Source: Octopus vulgaris
Lineage: Eukaryota
Length of the DNA stretch: 64,000 nt
Reading direction: 5' to 3'
Assembly: GCA_951406725.2 (NCBI GenBank)
Contig: OX597815.1
Location: 85,436,001 to 85,500,000 of the forward strand
Positions 39,372 through 53,220 of the stretch are shown piece by piece; the stretch's first letter is position 1, and the number at the start of each line of letters is the position of its first letter. The position numbers and the translations under genes are program-made. The notes below the pieces were generated by a model, which worked only from the letters and a program-made list of their open reading frames with translations, made no database searches and was not told the DNA's origin.

Positions 39372-39802
39372 CTGAAGAATTCCCTCAGTTTTGCCGTACA
39401 TAGTTTTGAGTAAGGTTGGTGAGCCGAAAGCTGAATTGAAGCCTGATGATAACTTGCTGAAGAAAGAACGAACCATTGAATGGCCAAACCGAAAAGCCGC
39501 CGTGGAAAATCCATTTCGTATTGTAGCATCGACTGTAGAATCATAAATATCGTGGAACCCACGACGAGGCCCGTTCAAGTTTAGGAAGTTTATAAACTGC
39601 CTGTTAAGTATGGCGGGTAGGAATTCTCGATAGTTGATGTGTTGAATCATTGCAGAGATTATACGCTTGGTTTCTTGGAAAACTCTCTCGTCTTTCCAAC
39701 CTAATCCCATCGAATTGAACTGGCGTGCAATTCTATTATGTTCTCTCAGAAATATAGTATGAAGGCTGGCCAGACCCATTTGTTCATTCACACGTCGATC
39801 TC
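39372..39802 (-). CDS. Heme peroxidase exon with distal Arg/Glu and proximal His
   Basis: aatatag|GAGA...TCAG|gtaag; 431 nt, phase 1->0; GDRRVNEQ, HTIFLREHNRIA, FQETKRII, AAFRFGHSMV. Confidence 0.96.
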
Positions 39803-40344
39803 CTATATTCAAGAATATATATATTCATATATACGTTTTATATATATAAATATACCAAATATAATTGTTTTATTTATTATTTTGCACATTACTTAATCAT
39901 CGTTATATGTTTTATCTTATATTTAATCTTTCTATAAGATGTAATTTTTCTAAATGGTAATAATTTAATTTTTTTCATTATTGAATTGGTAAAAGGTGTT
40001 TTTCTTCTAATTTACATACATACATACACGCATACATACATAATACATACATACATACATACATACATACATACATACATTCATACATACATATATATAT
40101 ATATGTGTGTGTGTGTGTGTAGATTTATATGTATATATATGTGTGTGTGTGTGTGTTTGTGTGTATATATATTTATATGTATGTGTATATATATACAAAT
40201 TTAAAATAATGAAGGTGAAAATTGAATATTTAAATTTAAATTTAAAATAAAAGAGGTGGTAATACAATAGCGGATCTACTTCTAGCATAATGAATGTCCA
40301 CGTAGTGGTCATCCCTCTTATATGTATATATGTATATGCATATG

Positions 40345-40384
<40 letters not shown>

Positions 40385-41182
40385 GTGTGTGTGTGTATAT
40401 ATGTATATATATATGTATGTATGTATATATATATATATATATATATAGCTGTTTTTCATATACATACTTTTACACATGGTATATACATAATACAATCAAG
40501 GGGATACATTACGAATCATTTCATGAAATTATGTCATGTTTGCATAATTTCCTCATTAGGTGTACAGACAACCTTCAGCTGTCATGAGTAAAATGTTAGT
40601 AGTTAGAACATCTGGGGTGTAATGGGTATATTTTGCGATGTAGGACTAAGCTCACGCTATCATCTGAAAGATTTATCCCCCTTTGAGAGTTGATAAGTAT
40701 ATGCATATGTACTCGCACACGCACGCGCACACACACATACAACACACGTACATGCATAAATGCACATGCACATTTCTATATACATACACATGCGTGCATA
40801 TATATGCGTGTGTGTGTATGTATATGTGTGCATGCGCATTTATGTATAAAACAATATATCGTTACATCGGCTGTGTTGTGCAACCGGTTTCAATGTAAAT
40901 ATTATAATCATGTCTCATCATTTAAACATAGGAATAAGGAAAGCTGGACCTCACTAAGAAAGCTACTTTGGAAGCTAAAAGTCAACAAAACAAAGTATAG
41001 TATTAAATGACCAATAGTGAACAGTGCACCACCTTACGACGTAGGGAAAACTAGTTGTGAACTTTACCTAGAAAATTCATTATTAATAATTACGTATGTG
41101 TATAATATCCTGACAGGATATTATACTAAACGACAGGAGCTAGCGGTAAGATGTTGGTAATTTTTAAACTAAACCTTTAGAC

Positions 41183-41383
41183 CAGTGCTTTTCAAACTTT
41201 TTGCTGGAGCGGAACCCCAAGGAAACATTCCACTGGCTCGAGGAACCCCTGTGCAATAATTTAATAGTCTTATGCACACATATCTGCACAGGAGAATTAA
41301 AAATTACTGCCGATTTTAGCAGTTTTGTAACTTCTTGCGGAACCCCTGGATTGTACTGGCGAAACCCTGGTTGAAAACCACTG
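41183..41383. mobile_element. hAT-Charlie MITE with perfect 8-bp TSD
   Basis: CAGTGCTTTTCAA...TTGAAAACCACTG TIRs; TSD CTTTAGAC at 41175-41182 and 41384-41391. Confidence 0.92.
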
Positions 41384-42444
41384 CTTTAGACTATTTCTTC
41401 GATAATTAAGCATTTGAACAAAGAAGTATGCTAATACCCGTGCACCTACCTATACCAATTTTTTAGAGACAATAGCAGATCTAATCTAAATGGTAATTGT
41501 TACATTTCGTAATTTCCAGAATTATAGACGGTTTCTTATTCCTTTTCCAGTCTATTCATTATGATGATCAGAAGATACCCATTTTATTTTCCTATATCTC
41601 TTTCCTTATGTTTCCATTTTCATTTTTTTATTGTTTTGGTTTTATTTTATTTCTATTTTGTTTTGGTTTTATCTTCAGTTTTGTACTGGTATTTACTCTA
41701 CCATCCGCTTTAAAAATTATATCTTACTCGTACTAATGTAGCTGCAATAATAGCCCTATAATTTAGGATCATACTGTAGTCTTTGTCTTTTTCTTACTTT
41801 ACTTGTTATAGTTAAATTCTAATCCCTGATTACTGGTATTACCCATCATTGTTAACTGTTTATAATTATATGAATTCTTAGCTAATACATTGATTTTGTT
41901 ACTTCGGGTTTAAAATAATAATACACTAAATGCCTTTTGGTTTGTATATTTGCATATACTTCTAAAATATAGCAGTTATTGCCAACAGTCTGCTACTGAT
42001 CATAAGGAAGTTATAGGGTATCAAATTTCTTTATTTGATGTCAATAATATTCACCCGTGGTAAGAGCCAACAATGGTTTAAGGCTGATGCCTAAAAATAG
42101 AGAACCTAGTTCTATATAAAAATAACAAACTGACCAAATTCTTTCCTTTCGCTTTTCTTTTTCCATTGCAGTAGATTTGTTTGGGCTGCTGATTTCCCAT
42201 ATTTTCAGACGATCGATCGATTGATTGATAAGACTGAACCATGAACGCATCCCAAAATGCATATCTGTAACCCATTATATCTGTTTATTTATTTTATGTA
42301 TCACTCTGTAAAAACATACCATATAAACTAGATTGAAACCGTAGATTTACAATTTTGACTGGTGATGGACTTTAATTTGGATGACCTGGAGGACAAGTCT
42401 AATCACAAAACTCTTTTGTAGCCTGGGGTATCTTTATCTCTATT

Positions 42445-42655
42445 ACTCTTTTATTCTTTTACTTGTTTCAGTCAATTGACTGCGGCCATGCTGGAGCAAC
42501 TCCTTTAGTCGAGCAAATCGACCTCAGGACTTATTCTTTGTAAGCCTAGTGCTTATTCTATCGATCTCTTTTGCCGAACCGCTAAGTTACGGGGACGTAA
42601 ACACACCAGCATCGGTTGTCAAGCGATGTTGGGTGGGTGAAACACAGACACACAA

Positions 42656-42688
<33 letters not shown>

Positions 42689-42860
42689 CATATATACGAC
42701 GGGCTTCTTTCAGTTTCCATCTACCAAATCCACTCACAAGGCTTTGGTCGGCCCGAGGCTATAGTAGAAGACACTTGCCCAAGGTGTCACGCCGTGAGAC
42801 TGAACCCAGAACCATGTGGCTGGTAAGCAAGCTACTTACCACACAACCACTCCTACGCCT
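42445..42860 (-). mobile_element. tRNA-derived SINE, second family
   Basis: Reverse-complement homolog of 11846-12215. Confidence 0.85.
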
Positions 42861-43442
42861 ACAGAAATCTAAAGAAGTATTTCTCCTGGATTACTAATAC
42901 CTCATTAATCCCTCTTTGTTTTGATACATACATACATACATACCTACTCACACACACACACATACACACACACACACTCACACACACACACTCATATTAT
43001 ATGTATGTATGTGCGTGTATGTGTGTGTGCGTGTGTGTATGTTAGCGCGCACGCGTATATTCGTAAGATTAAAGATACAAGAACTATGAGCAATAATGAA
43101 TCTGGTGAAAATGTGAACCGTACAAATCCCGTTTAGTGAGAAACGTACAAAAGATTGGATACAACCATTTCTTATTTGTGCATATGTGCGCACGCACACA
43201 CACACACACACACACACATGTATGTACATACATATATACATATATAAATACATACATACACACTGACACAGAAACACACACACACACACATATATATAAA
43301 CATACACACATGTAGATATACATATACAAAGAATTTTCTCTTTCTCTCTCTCTCTCTCTCTTTCTCTCGCTCTCTCTCTATATATAGATATAGTTGAAAT
43401 TTACAGAAAAACAAAAGACGAAGACAAGTATATAAACAACGA

Positions 43443-43506
<64 letters not shown>

Positions 43507-44009
43507 GGAGAGAAGGAAAGAGGGAGAGAGAGAGAAAGAGAGAAAGATGGGGTGACAGATAGGGAATGACTAATTACATTACCGGGTTACTAGAACCTTA
43601 TTGTCACTTTATCGATTTTTCACTATTATCTGTAACTTAACAGAAGAGTAACTTAACACTTCCGTTTCCTACAAATACAAAACCGTACGATTTCAGATAG
43701 ATGAATCCAACAGTGGCCAGACAATGACCTGTCTGATAACGACACTTAATTAGCGAACGGTATCAGTCAAATCTGACCTCCGTCTCTATTCAGGGAAGGC
43801 ATTTTTATCTTGTATCATTTGAGAAATATTGTTGAAGCAAAATTTCTGTCTGTTGGGAACTTTCACTGACTCGTATGATTCCTTAAGGACGAATAGAACA
43901 AAAAATACCTACAGCTATATCTTTGAGTCTTTTGTACTGATTTTTCTCATCAAAATTCTTATCTCTATAAAAATGTTAGTAATATGTAAAATGTAATGTT
44001 TCTCATTAC

Positions 44010-44102
44010 CTGCTCTGAAACAGTAATTGTCGGATGAAGTCAACACACAGCTTTGCTGGGAGTCCTTAGGGAGAAGATGCACTCCAGATTCTTTCAACAA
44101 AC
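44010..44102 (-). CDS. Heme peroxidase exon
   Basis: tttttcag|GTTT...GCAG|gtaatg; 93 nt, phase 1->1; GLLKESGVHLLPKDSQQSCVLTSSDNYCFRA(G), splices into GDRRVNEQ. Confidence 0.92.
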
Positions 44103-44160
44103 CTGAAAAAAAGAATCAAGAGGAAATATATTGAATGAAAACTAATAACAAACATACCCA

Positions 44161-44380
44161 TAAGGCAGCGATTTGGCAGAATCGTCAGCACACCGGGCAA
44201 AATGTTTAGCGGCATTTCGTCCGTCTTAATCTTCTGACTTCAAATTCCATCAAGGTCAACTTTGCCTTTCATCCTTTCGGGGTCGATAAAATAAGTATCA
44301 GTTGAGCACTGGGGTTGATGTAATCGACTTATACCCTCCCCCGAAACTGTTGGACTTGTGCGAAAATTTGAAACCAATAT
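44161..44380 (+). mobile_element. First-family SINE, about 60 bp from an exon acceptor
   Basis: AAGGCAGCG...CTTTGCCTTTCATCCTTTCGGGGTCGATAAA. Confidence 0.85.
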
Positions 44381-47300
44381 TGAATAGTTCTATGCTTTAA
44401 ATAAAGGAAAAGGAAAAAGAAAGACCAAAAGAAGCATAAATAGTGTTTGTTTTTACATTAAATATTTCTATTCAAAATTCGTGAAAGAAAATACAGAATA
44501 ATCATCATAATATCAGTATCAGATATATTTCCTACTCACTTTAATTCATATGTCAACTACTGCTGGTAGTGAGTAAAAGGAGTGTTAATCTGATGACCAG
44601 GATTAACTAATAAATAACCTAGCTGTAAATAGGTATCATGTTTAATCAGTAACGGAATCAAGGGTGTGGGATACACGACTATTCTTCATTGAAGTTAAGA
44701 AATACAGAAACATCTCCAAAGTTGTTACCGTTCTTGACAAAAACCGGTTTTACTATCCTCCGACTTTCAATTTTATATTAATTTTAGTTCATTAAATTTT
44801 TTGAATAGTCTCTCTTGCTCTTATTGACCAGAATTTATAATTAACCAGTTGTTTTTTCTCTCCTCTATATGAGTACAATCTTAATTAACATTTTTTGTTA
44901 ACTGCAGCGAGAGTGTTTGTAACCACTGAACCAAACCTTTTATAGCAAGCTTAGATAGTTCAGAGAATGTTGCTGCTCTTTGCTACAATGGACGGTAGAA
45001 TTGCTGTGTAATTGAGGTCTGTGACGTAGTGTACAGTATTGAAGTCAGAATCCCTTAACCCTATACAAATTAAAAAAAAAGGATGTGTTGGCACAGCAAC
45101 TGCAGAAGCATCACCATCAGCGATGTCATCAGGAGTTGCAGTCCTAAGTTCAAATCCTCTTTCTAACACTATCATGTTATTTTTCTCTGTTAATTTGCCA
45201 CACGATTCACTGAATGAAAGCCTCTTCTATCCCTGAATGGGTTGTTGTCTTGTAAATGGATATTTAGTTTTCCTTTACTGTAAGAAGTAACCCAAAACTA
45301 CATACACAGGAAGAGATGGATCCTGCTTGGTAAGTTTGCGAAACACGGTCATTTTGCAATACTACTATTGCTTAAAACAGTGTGTAGTAGTAGTAGTAGT
45401 AGTTGTTGTTGTTGTTGTTGTTGTTGTTGACCTCTGAGTGAGCCGTGGTTGAGCTTTCCTATGGTCAAACGCATTCAAGCCATTATTGTCCTTTGTTGAA
45501 AGTATAATGCATTTCCCATTTTAAGATTGTTGTGACTTCTTGGAGATTTGACTGCTATTTCTAGTGGAGCAATTTACCGCGGAAAGCCCTCCTTCTTGGA
45601 TCATGAGATCTGTTTCTGCCGTGCTTCTGTGATTTGGATCTACTTAGTACTCTACTGTTGATTTCCTGATTAGTTCCATAACTTTTCAACTCCAGACATC
45701 CTCACATTCTTAGAAGCCCAACAAGTATGAAGTCCTAAAACGAACCTTCCTGCCGTCCTTCTAACACACTTACAAAACTTTCTTTCACCTGCCCACTCTC
45801 ACTTACAGAAAAAGATACAAAATCTTAACTAGCTTAACTAACTGTAACTAATTAACCGGTTAATCAGGCAACCAACCTAAAATCTTATCCAGCTAGTCAA
45901 TCCAGCAGCCAAGATAGCAACCAAGTTTAACTCTCACATGTCGTCGCCAAAGAAACAAGCATTGATTGCACAAAATTATAGACATAACAATCTGCAGTTT
46001 ATAACCAATTCTATAAAGTATCAATAAAACCATTGTATGTTTATAAAGAAAATACATCTCGGAAAAAACTGATAAGCTATTGATTAATTAATCAATGAAT
46101 AACCACTATTAATATAATTTTCACTCATCTATTTTATCTATTTATTTAATTAATTCATTAATTTATTTAGTTCATAGTTGAGATTAATGTAGGAAAATGG
46201 TATTTCATTTGATTCTTGTTTAGCTCTTGCTTAGCAAAAATTTCGTGTCGTTAAAGAAGTTCTGTGCAGCGAATCACTGGCGAACTTTTGGTTCACCAGT
46301 AATTTGCGATTCTACTCTGATATTTCTTGAAGTAAGCTATGGACTTTACTTACTGCCAATTCCGTCATTACAGCAATTATCAGCATTTGTCAAAAGCGAT
46401 CCACTAAACTGACTTAAATTTTGATACTCCGTGTTTACATGAAGCTTTTGGTGGAGTACTCGAGGAAGCATTAATAGTTATGGGTAGTTTCTGAATTTAT
46501 CATTCACTAATTCAAAAACACTATACCAGAAACAGCAAGAAGGAAGGACGTGAAGTGGCAGTCGTCTTCGGAAGCAGTGTGACGGGATGCAAATTTCATT
46601 CGACCTGTTATATCTGTTAATTAAGGGCGGACGCCAACAGTGCCTTTGATGCTGGCTGTTAAGAATCCTTGCCACACCACTGCATTATACGATGGGAGAA
46701 GTTGCGGGATGATTTGAAACGTTATGGGATGAATTTGGAAAGTTTTGAGAGGATTTTGGAAACCAGCGGAGTATTCTGGAAAGTTGTGAGGAATATTTTG
46801 AAAAGTTGCAAGGTAGTTCGAGGAAGCTGCGAAGTGATTTTGGAAAGTTGCAAAGGTGAAATGAAGAAGTTGGTAATTTGCCAAGCTGTGGTTCGGTAAG
46901 TTGCAATGTTTCAAAATCAATTTAGCAATATCAGTAGATCGAAATACATTTGAAATAAGCAGCCTAGTATCATTATACATTTCAACGATGGTACACACAG
47001 AGGCGTACACAATTAGTATTTATTCAAACCAGAGATTTCACAGATCGCAACTCCAAGTTTTATTATGATACAGCAATGAATAATTGGACAACTAATGTTA
47101 TTTCTCTTAGTGTATACCTTAAAGTGTAACAAGTTCACAATGCCAGATGACCCAAATTCGGTCAGAGAATTTGGGTCGGCCGAGTAATCTGGCACTATGT
47201 ACTTGTTCTTGAGAAGTTCTAATTGTTAATTCTTACCAGTAACCACCGTAGCCCATCTTTTATACCAAGACAAAACAATGTACACGATAACGCTTCCAAT

Positions 47301-47484
47301 CACTTAAGATCAGCAGCCATGAGATTCTACTCACACACACGAAAAGCTAACCTCTCGTCTGCTTTTCTAGTACTTCTGAGTGAAACCGTGTGCTTTTGAT
47401 ATACGAACCTCATTGAAATGTTTCTCTGAGACAAAATGTTACAGCTTGTGCAGTTCCATGTTTTTTAAACTTAAGAGCGTATAT

Positions 47485-48744
47485 TATCAGGCTGAGTAAG
47501 CAACGTTTTGAAATATGAAATTCATCACAATATATTTCAACAGTACGGAAATTTTATTCATCAAAGTAAGTACCATTACAATCAGTACATTTTTGCCAAC
47601 GAGTTACAACATTGTTTATTCTGGTAACGTAAAAATCTGGAGATCTGGAGCTGATGAACTCTTTGAACGCACTTTCAGCATCGGTTGGTTTTTGAACTCT
47701 TTCTCTCGCATGAAACCATCAAGGTGCTTGAAAAAGTGATCGTCGGTTGGAAAAAGGTCTGGGGAATAAGCTGGGTGGGGAAGAACTTCGTAGCCAAGTT
47801 CCCTCAAACGTGTGGTCCAGCATTGTTATGAAGAATTATTGGCCTTCTTTTGTCGACCAGTCTGGGACGGAGGAGTAGCAGTTTTTCGTCCATTTTGTCA
47901 ATTTCATGGCAATATGTTCCTGCAGTAATGGTTTTTCAATGTTTTAAGAAGTTGTAGTGGATGAGTCCCGTAGTACAATCCAAACAGTCACCATAACCTT
48001 CTTTTTGAAGAGCTCGGGTTTAGGTAAGCTTTTCGGTGCTTCATTTTGGTCCAACCACTGCGAAGAACGTTTTTTCTATTATTGTACAGAATCCACTTTT
48101 CATTGCAAGTTACAATACGGTCGGGAAATGGATCGGTCTGGTTATGGAGATGAAGCGACGACCAAATTTCATATCTGCGCATATTCTGATTTTCATTCAA
48201 GTCGTGTGGTACCTATTTGTCGAGCTTTTTTGGTTTTTCAAACGCATGCAAATGATTGCAGGCAGTTTTCTGGTTAACTTGAAGTTCTTTTGCTAGTTTT
48301 CGAGTAGTTTTACGTGGATCTTTCTCAATGACGGTCTTTAATTTGACCCTCATCGATGACAGATGGGCGTCCATTACGCTCACGATCTTCAAAGTTCAGG
48401 TCTCCACTGCGAAATCGTTTAAACCATTTTCGAGCTGACCACCCACTGGTCATTTCTTCACCAAATATTTCGTTGATATCGTGAGCAGTTTCGGCGGCTT
48501 AACGTCCTTTTTGAAGTGGAGTAGCAAAGTTGCTCGAATTTCGCGTTTTGACAGTTCCATTTCACATGATTGTAACAACGGTGAAAAAAGTATCAATGTT
48601 AATTTATGGATGCATTTGGACAAGTCTATGTCTATATTATCAGACAATTGTAAAAAAATGTTTTAAAATGTTCAAAACACCGCAAAAATCTGGTACAAAT
48701 TCTCCATGGTTTAAAACGTTGCTTACTTTTTACTCAACGTGATA
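47485..48744 (-). mobile_element. Full-length degenerate mariner element (about 1.26 kb)
   Basis: TIRs TATCAGGCTGAGT-AAGCAACGTTTTGAAA / TTTAAAACGTTGCTTACTTTTTACTCAACGTGATA; ELSKREIR, DRIVTCNEKWILYNN, HPAYSPDLFPTDDHFFKHLD. Confidence 0.92.
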
Positions 48745-48852
48745 ATTTAATTCTGTCTGTTTAGCTTCGTACAAATCAGTAAATGTGTTTTTATTCTATA
48801 TTGGAATAAACATTTTTGTTTTGCCTTGGCTCAGAATATCTTCTGAGTTATT

Positions 48853-48896
48853 CCTCACTGAGGAGACCAAATCAGGTCTAAACATTATGTCTGGCG
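48853..48896 (+). ncRNA. Hammerhead-like motif (G12U variant)
   Basis: UCA-CUGAGGA-GACC-aaauca-GGUC-UAAAC-auuau-GUC-UGG; homolog at 55495. Confidence 0.55.
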
Positions 48897-49405
48897 ATCC
48901 ACTGGAGTTCTGAGCGAAGCACAAGTTTCTGAGAAGTTTCCTCGGAGGCGAAGTATAACTGATAGTTCTGTTTCACATTTCTATCTACATTATAACTATT
49001 ATATACATCAGTATCTATTAATTAACTTCAAGCCTTCATTCTAAAAATTTTCTTCAGACCAGATTCAATTATGATCAAGTAGACTTATGATCAAACCAAG
49101 TTTGTGAACATATCTTATATTTAGTTAATTATCTAGGATGACATTATCTTACGATATGTTCTTCCGCATTTAAGATGACAAAATGCCGTCGGAAGAGAAT
49201 ATGGCTGCTATTTCTAACTTGTTGAGCGACCACATAAACATTTCCCCTTTGACCTGTTGTTTTAGCAGTATTTAGAACATGTAAGTCAGGAAAGATTCGT
49301 GTTATTATTTGACAGAATACTTATACCTAACATCGAGACAAAGCCTCAAATATTGAAGAAGGGTTTAATTGAGGGTATATTCAACTGCATTACCTAGTTA
49401 GTATT

Positions 49406-49599
49406 TACGAGGGGTTGCTGAAAAGTTCCTGGCTTTAAGGGTGTCGTGAAAGGCCTGGTTGGAGGCCCAACCTTCTGAGTTGGACTCCTCCAATAAGTGT
49501 GTGAATCTTATCGAGGAATATGCTGAATAAAACTATAATTAACCGAGCCTCTTGTATTCTCTCTAATGTAAAGCCAAGAACTTTTTAGCATCCTTCATA
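49406..49599 (+). mobile_element. Mariner-derived MITE
   Basis: TACGAGGGGTTGCTGAAAAGTTCCTGGCTTTA...TAAAGCCAAGAACTTTTTAGCATCCTTCATA. Confidence 0.8.
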
Positions 49600-50094
49600 T
49601 TTTATCAACTTCTCCATCAGAAAAGAAAGGTAAAAAAAAAAACCCAGAGAAACTGATCTCAGCATGTAAAGGTATATGAATGATTACAGTGTTTTAGTTT
49701 TCTTGCTAACCCATTTGACCTAATATGCCAGAGCATTTGAGAATTAAAATTGTAAACTATTACAGTTCAGTAATTATTGAGGAAAAACACATAAAACCTC
49801 TTAAAAAGCTTTTATAACGAAATAGTTTCTAACTGCAACTTTTTGGCGATTGTTTAAAGTGTAATAAACATTTTTTATGGTCCCCCAACTCATAAAATTA
49901 CGTATACTACTCGCTCGATTTTACTAAATTGATTAAAATAACTTGAGAATTTATTCTGAAAATTGTTATTTTTCGTTTTGGCTATGTGTTGCTAGGAATT
50001 ATTTTCGAAAATTACGGTATTTCTCTCTCACTTATACATACATACATACATACATACATACATACATACATACATACATACATACATACATACA

Positions 50095-50127
<33 letters not shown>

Positions 50128-50331
50128 TTACGAAGTGGTAACAAAATATACAAAAAAAAAGACAATTTCGAAATATTCCTACACACTTCTTTTCCATATT
50201 CACATGTTATTTGTTCACCATTCTCGCTCTTTAACCATCAATATATATATATATATATATAGGGGGAGAATTCACAAAAAAAAAAACGAAAGACGAAGAC
50301 AGGTGGTGTAGACAACAAACAGATGTATTAG

Positions 50332-50374
<43 letters not shown>

Positions 50375-50379
<5 letters not shown>

Positions 50380-51125
50380 AATGGAGTTGAACGCAGGTGT
50401 TATTCAAATTCTTTTACTTTCGACATATGTTTCGAAGACAACATTGGACTTTGTGACATTTGCAACTCTGACTCTTCCATATTCTCTTCTCTAAGAATCA
50501 CCTTGTTAACACACTTATAGAGCAATCTTACAAACGTAAGCACTGTCAGAAACATACCTTTAGCTCATATTAGTGATTTGTACCAGTCTGTATAGCTCGA
50601 ACATTTAGTTCACCTTGCACTTTACTTCAATAGAGAAATCTACTTCCAAGCTTTTGAACATTTTTTCAACCAATATATCCCTCTTTATTTGTTTTCTACT
50701 TATTTCTTTACCCCTTCTCTTCTTATTGTCTGCCTTTGACGTCAGATCTACTAACGGTTTTTAAAAAATACTTAATAGCGTTCTGTTTATCATTTATGCA
50801 GTCATCAAAATTGTTATTGTCTTGTTGTTGAGATAGGTTCTCTTTCTTTCCTGATGAGAAGATTACATTATTTTACACCGTTTATTCTTTTGGAATAAAA
50901 CCAATGTTGTCTCCGAAATATATGTCGAAAGTAAAAGAATTTGAATAACACCTGCGTTCAACTCCATTTATTTACTTATACTATACAAATTACTGCACAT
51001 TAACCCGGAGTTTCTACCTTTGAATAGGTCGCTACATCCTTGTTACTTGCGTGACTTTTGCTGCCCTGGTAACTATTTATTGAATTTTCTGTGTTAACTG
51101 TAAACAAAGGATATTTCATTCATCC
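50375..51125 (+). mobile_element. Penelope-like remnant with inverted partial pLTR
   Basis: 50375-50447 is the reverse complement of 50901-50973; contains a hammerhead motif; bounded by (TA)n. Confidence 0.7.
50841..50938 (+). ncRNA. Type I hammerhead motif, same family as 17087
   Basis: UCUUUCUUUC-CUGAUGA-GAAGAU...GUCUCC-GAAAU-auau-GUC-GAAAGUAAAAGA; the inverted copy keeps GUCUUC-GAAAC-auau-GUC. Confidence 0.7.
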
Positions 51126-53167
51126 ATATATATATATATATATATAGCTAGATATGTGCACGTTCACAAACTTAATGGGCACACACAGACACGCTGTTAT
51201 TACCATCCTTTGCATAAGTGTATTCTCACGCACGTAGGAATCTCTTTCTTTCTTTTTTTTTGTTTTTTAGGGAAGATAAATACGAAATTGTATTCGTGCT
51301 TTTCTCAAGGTCGATTAACGACCATAAATGAAGTGGTAGTATTGGAGACTCAAAATTAAAGAGCAATCTTTGTCAAGAACACTCTGCTACATTAAAATGT
51401 ACACCACTATCACCACCAATAAAAATCTTCAAACTATCTTATAAGTATTCTTCCAATAATATTTCAAGATTTAATTTACCGGAAGCGCCGAATTGCAAGA
51501 GGTAAGCATTTGGTGAATCGCCTTCACGGTATGATTTAGATTGTGTCACATTTAGCCGATATCTTTGGGAAAGACACAACTACAGTTTTAGAAGTAGAAG
51601 GGAAACTGTAGTCCATGATATGCCAAAAAGGCGGGATGGTCACAGCTGGAATGTATTTGATCGTGAGGTTTGTCTGAAGCTAAACAACTGCAAAAGCATT
51701 ACCGCTCCCTATTTCACTATTTGAAAAAGTACCTATTTTGCCCAGTGAATAAGAAACCCGTTTTTTTCAGTGTTGTAGCAACCGCCATCGAATAAATTTC
51801 TTTTCATTTACATCAGTTAACACCTTTTGTGAGACTCATATACATCCCGCTTACTATTTCTTTACCCCACATGAAAGAAATCAATATATTATTTACAATG
51901 TTTTGTCCAGTTCCATAGAGTAAGAGATAAGCTCTCAGTAAGCTGATAACATGTCACGTTTCTTGTTGAAGTTAATTCACTTCTCTTAGATATTCTTGGA
52001 AAATAGATAAACGTCACAGCTTCCAATTTCCGTATTCCTCTGAAATTATCGGATCTTTGTACGTAGATAAAATTAACTGGAATGTTATTTTCAATTTTCT
52101 CTTTATCAATTTCCATAAATGAACGAATACACACAAATATGCATGCTATTTTTGAGGGGGCTAATATCTATAGAAGGGTCATTCATCTCATTGACTTCTT
52201 CCACCATCACTCTCAATCCATTGAACCACATGAAATTATCTGCTTTGCCTATATCTCAGCGTAACTAGATAATATCTAAATGCATTTGGTTCCACGCTCC
52301 ACTGATTTAGATACTCCCCTTATCTTCATTTAAAGATCAACCTCACTTTCCTTGAACATATTTATCGTTTTCCTGGCGTATTTTATTGTTTCCCATGTAA
52401 GTGTAATGGTTTCTGTAATGGAATTAGTTTTCTTTCACATTTCGGGCGAAATTGATTTGTTACTATTATTGCCCCTCTTCCAATGAATTTTTTGAATAAC
52501 TAGAGTTGCAATATAGCGTAGGTCATACTTTAAAAAATATCAGGAAAAAAAGACAGTGTCCATACTTCTTTACAAGGCCGCCAATACCGATGGAAGAGAG
52601 GAAGATATCTTCAACGTAGACACCTGACCCAGCGCTTGAACCAGAAAAAATTCCGTTAAAGACCCTGAAGGTGCTAGTTGTGGTGTTAAACCATAGAACC
52701 GATAAAGTTTGTCACACAATAAATAGGTGTGTACAAATGTATATAATGTCATTATTAAAAGAGACTTCGGATATAAATAACCCAGATTTTAACTGCTTAG
52801 AATGAGAGTGGAAGTGGCTAGCTTACTTTTTAAATAAAAAATCATCAGTGATCGCTTACCCCTGCCTTATAAGTTACTGAAAATTAGTTGCGTAGACACA
52901 CTTTAAATAATTTTGTTTACATTTTTTAATTAGCAGTTCTACGCTACGGTCATCCGGCAGCTTGAGACCAAGATAAGCGAGCTATGCTAAATTTTTAATG
53001 TAAAGCGACGGCTCTGTAGTTTACCAAGCCCTATTTTGTTAGCGACACTATATATACATATATATATATTAACTATAAATATAATTATATCTTATACAAA
53101 TTTGTTCCAGTTAAGTAGTTTACTCAATCCTCTTCGAATTGTCAGCCTTTTTGGTGGTCTGCCTACA

Positions 53168-53220
53168 TATCATCGCCAAGAACTCTGGGAGTGTTTGGCA
53201 ATCCCTTTCCCAGTGCGCGG
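53168..53220 (+). repeat. Inverted 53-nt copy of peroxidase exon segment 58091-58143
   Basis: TATCATCGCCAAGAACTCTGGGAGTGTTTGGCAATCCCTTTCCCAGTGCGCGG vs exon sense TATCATCACC...CCCTTACCCAGTGCGCGG; 51/53 identical. Confidence 0.95.

Noticed and set aside
44583-44610. CTGATGA inside a small hairpin (also 47651, and 26108, 45127, 52842 on -)
   Set aside because: No properly placed GAAA/NUH or stems
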